Both the position numbers and the translations under genes were made by a program. This document shows, piece by piece, positions 56,328 to 57,918 of a stretch of 57,918 nt of DNA. Numbering within the stretch: the stretch's first letter is position 1; the number at the start of each line of letters is the position of its first letter. The notes under the pieces are model-generated. The model was not told where the DNA came from, searched no databases, and saw only the letters and a program-made list of their open reading frames with translations. Source of the stretch: an uncultured bacterium (GTDB lineage Bacteria; Chlamydiota; Chlamydiia; Chlamydiales; SM23-39); contig CAZTYI010000001.1 in the NCBI GenBank assembly GCA_964618335.1, positions 1 through 57,918 of the forward strand. The letters run 5' to 3'.

Positions 56328-56468
56328 AGGGCAATAATAGCAGAGGCAAAGAAAGTATTCATGCTTAAATTTTCAAGAAACATTTAAACTTGATATTTTT
56401 GAAAAATACTGTGGCAAATTTGTGGCAATATTTTTTTTAAATTGATTGATAGAGGCCACTTAAAAAAA

Positions 56469-57365
56469 TTATAACTGCAATTGATTCATAATATCAATCA
56501 CAGCCAGTTCTTTTTTCTTAGCTTCAATTTCGACCGTTAATTTTTCTATTTGCAACCAAACTTTTGGAAAATCTTCTATATCTATGTAGTCTGAGTGACT
56601 TCTTATGTTTTTGGATTTCCATCCATTTTTAGGGCTGGATACATGAAAAAGAGGTTCTCTATCCCATGTTCTTAAAGCTTGTTCCGTAACTGTTTCTATG
56701 GACAATGAATCTTTCAAACACCGATGGTGATGCACATCATAAACAAAAGGAATTTTTTCTTTTTGACAAAAGGGAAGTAAATCTTCCGGAGTAAAACTAC
56801 GGTCATCATTTTCTAACGAAATTTTCTGACGGGTTTCTAAACTAATCTTTTTTAAATTAACCCCCAGTCTTAATAAAGAGTCTTTTTTATCCCCATAACA
56901 CCCACCTGCGTGAATATTGATAACATCAGCTCCTACCAACTTTGCTAATACCCCATGATATTCTAGTTCTCGAATGCTATTGGCAACGACTTTAGAGCTT
57001 TTAGAATTCAATACAACAAACTGATCTGGATGCAGTGTTAACCGGATATTTTTAGCATGAGCAAAATGTTTAATTTCTTTTAATAGGGAAATAATTTTTT
57101 CTGCCTCTGGTAAATCTTCTATTTTATAGAGAAAATCCGGATGGGTATAAAGAGAAAAAAAACGTGAAGTAATGCGAAAACAGCCAATTTTATGATTCAA
57201 ACAATAAATAAGAGATTTTTTTAAGCTTTCACAGTTATGTAAAATGATTTCAGATAGATATTTTTTTCTAAATAAATCTGTTTTTTTTAATAAAAAACTA
57301 GCTGTTGTCGTTTTAAAGCTAATCTTTTCTTTGTAGAAAATACAACACAGTCCAAATCTCACCAT
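56469..57365 (-). CDS. uvdE: UV damage endonuclease UvdE/UvsE family
   Basis: It has the family blocks RFGLCC, LTLHPDQFVVLNS, VINIHAGG, ISLENDD and YDVHHH. Confidence 0.75.
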   Translation of the reverse strand: MVRFGLCCIFYKEKISFKTTTASFLLKKTDLFRKKYLSEIILHNCESLKKSLIYCLNHKIGCFRITSRFFSLYTHPDFLYKIEDLPEAEKIISLLKEIKHFAHAKNIRLTLHPDQFVVLNSKSSKVVANSIRELEYHGVLAKLVGADVINIHAGGCYGDKKDSLLRLGVNLKKISLETRQKISLENDDRSFTPEDLLPFCQKEKIPFVYDVHHHRCLKDSLSIETVTEQALRTWDREPLFHVSSPKNGWKSKNIRSHSDYIDIEDFPKVWLQIEKLTVEIEAKKKELAVIDIMNQLQL

Positions 57366-57441
57366 AAAAACTCAAGTTTTTTATTTATTATATAAAGTAG
57401 TATAGATAAAAAAAAGGCTTATATAAAAAGAAAAGGCTTAT

Positions 57442-57918
57442 ATGAAAAAATACTTTCTTTCTTCTGCAGCTAAATTAATCTATGCGATTTTATTTATATT
57501 AATAATTCAATCAATCGGCGATATCTCTATAGAAGATGATCTTATTTGGTATAGATCTTTAACAAAACCGCCATTTGTTCCGCCAAGCTATGTTTTTGGA
57601 GTGGTTTGGCCCATATTATATTTAATGATCGCTATATCTTTTTGGGAGGTGTGGATAAAAAGAAAAACGCAAAAAAAGATCGTTTATATTTACTTTTTTT
57701 TGCAGATATTTTTTAATCTCGCTTGGCCTTTTTGTTTTTTCTATTTACAAAACATTTTACTTGGTTTTATAGATATTATTTTATTAGATATCTTTATCTT
57801 TTTGACTCTGATTCGTTTTGCAAAAATTTCTATTTTTTCAACAATCATGCTTATCCCCTACGCTTTATGGGTTCTTTTTGCCACATATCTGAATATAGGT
57901 TATTTGCTTCTAAATTAG
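57442..57918 (+). CDS. tspO: TspO/MBR tryptophan-rich sensory protein
   Basis: It has 5 TM spans and the TspO signature WYRSLTKPPFVPPSYVFGVVWPILYLMIAIS, with aromatic-rich helices. The stop codon TAG occupies the last 3 nt of the window. Confidence 0.8.
   Translation: MKKYFLSSAAKLIYAILFILIIQSIGDISIEDDLIWYRSLTKPPFVPPSYVFGVVWPILYLMIAISFWEVWIKRKTQKKIVYIYFFLQIFFNLAWPFCFFYLQNILLGFIDIILLDIFIFLTLIRFAKISIFSTIMLIPYALWVLFATYLNIGYLLLN

Overview
This is a visibly AT-rich 57.9-kb chromosomal segment. Protein signatures and gene order point to a Chlamydia-like bacterium (phylum Chlamydiota), probably an environmental or amoeba-associated lineage. The evidence is a GroEL N-terminus [16 protein letters not shown]...DGTTTAT with a GGMGGMGY tail, the block acpP-fabG-fabD-fabH / recR-bamA-skp-lpxD, and pepF-groES-groEL. 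Coding density is high and dominated by housekeeping genes: acpS, trxB, the fab operon, recR, bamA, skp, lpxD, an MsbA-like ABC exporter, accA, an L,D-transpeptidase, HU/IHF, tyrS, rpiA, a P-type ATPase, ptsH, pepF, groES/EL, nagZ, typA, a beta-carbonic anhydrase, an SPFH protein, an ABC-F protein, uvdE and tspO. I saw no rRNA, tRNA, CRISPR array, transposase, integrase or prophage genes. Between the conserved blocks sit lineage-specific orphan genes flanked by long AT-rich spacers; these are the main hunting ground. Candidates, best first: (1) an operon at 3733-8440 encoding a transporter-HEAT fusion, a cNMP-binding protein and a HAMP protein with a degenerate PP2C domain. (2) A CE-clan (Ulp1/ChlaDUB-like) cysteine protease (29757-30623) convergent with a secreted YD-repeat/hydrolase-like protein. 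(3) A GIY-YIG-like core with Thr/Ser/Pro-rich tails and NLS-like basic motifs (41451-42251). (4) An orphan islet after lpxD that includes a poly-Pro / LKKK (WH2-like) protein. (5) A divergent pair of membrane-anchored paralogs (38113-39544). (6) An ArsR plus split YeeE/YedE sulfur module next to a radical-SAM/SPASM plus membrane-protein operon with no visible peptide precursor. (7) An ArfB-like GGQ protein translationally coupled to a SAM methyltransferase. All functional calls rest on motif recognition by eye, and no database search was possible.
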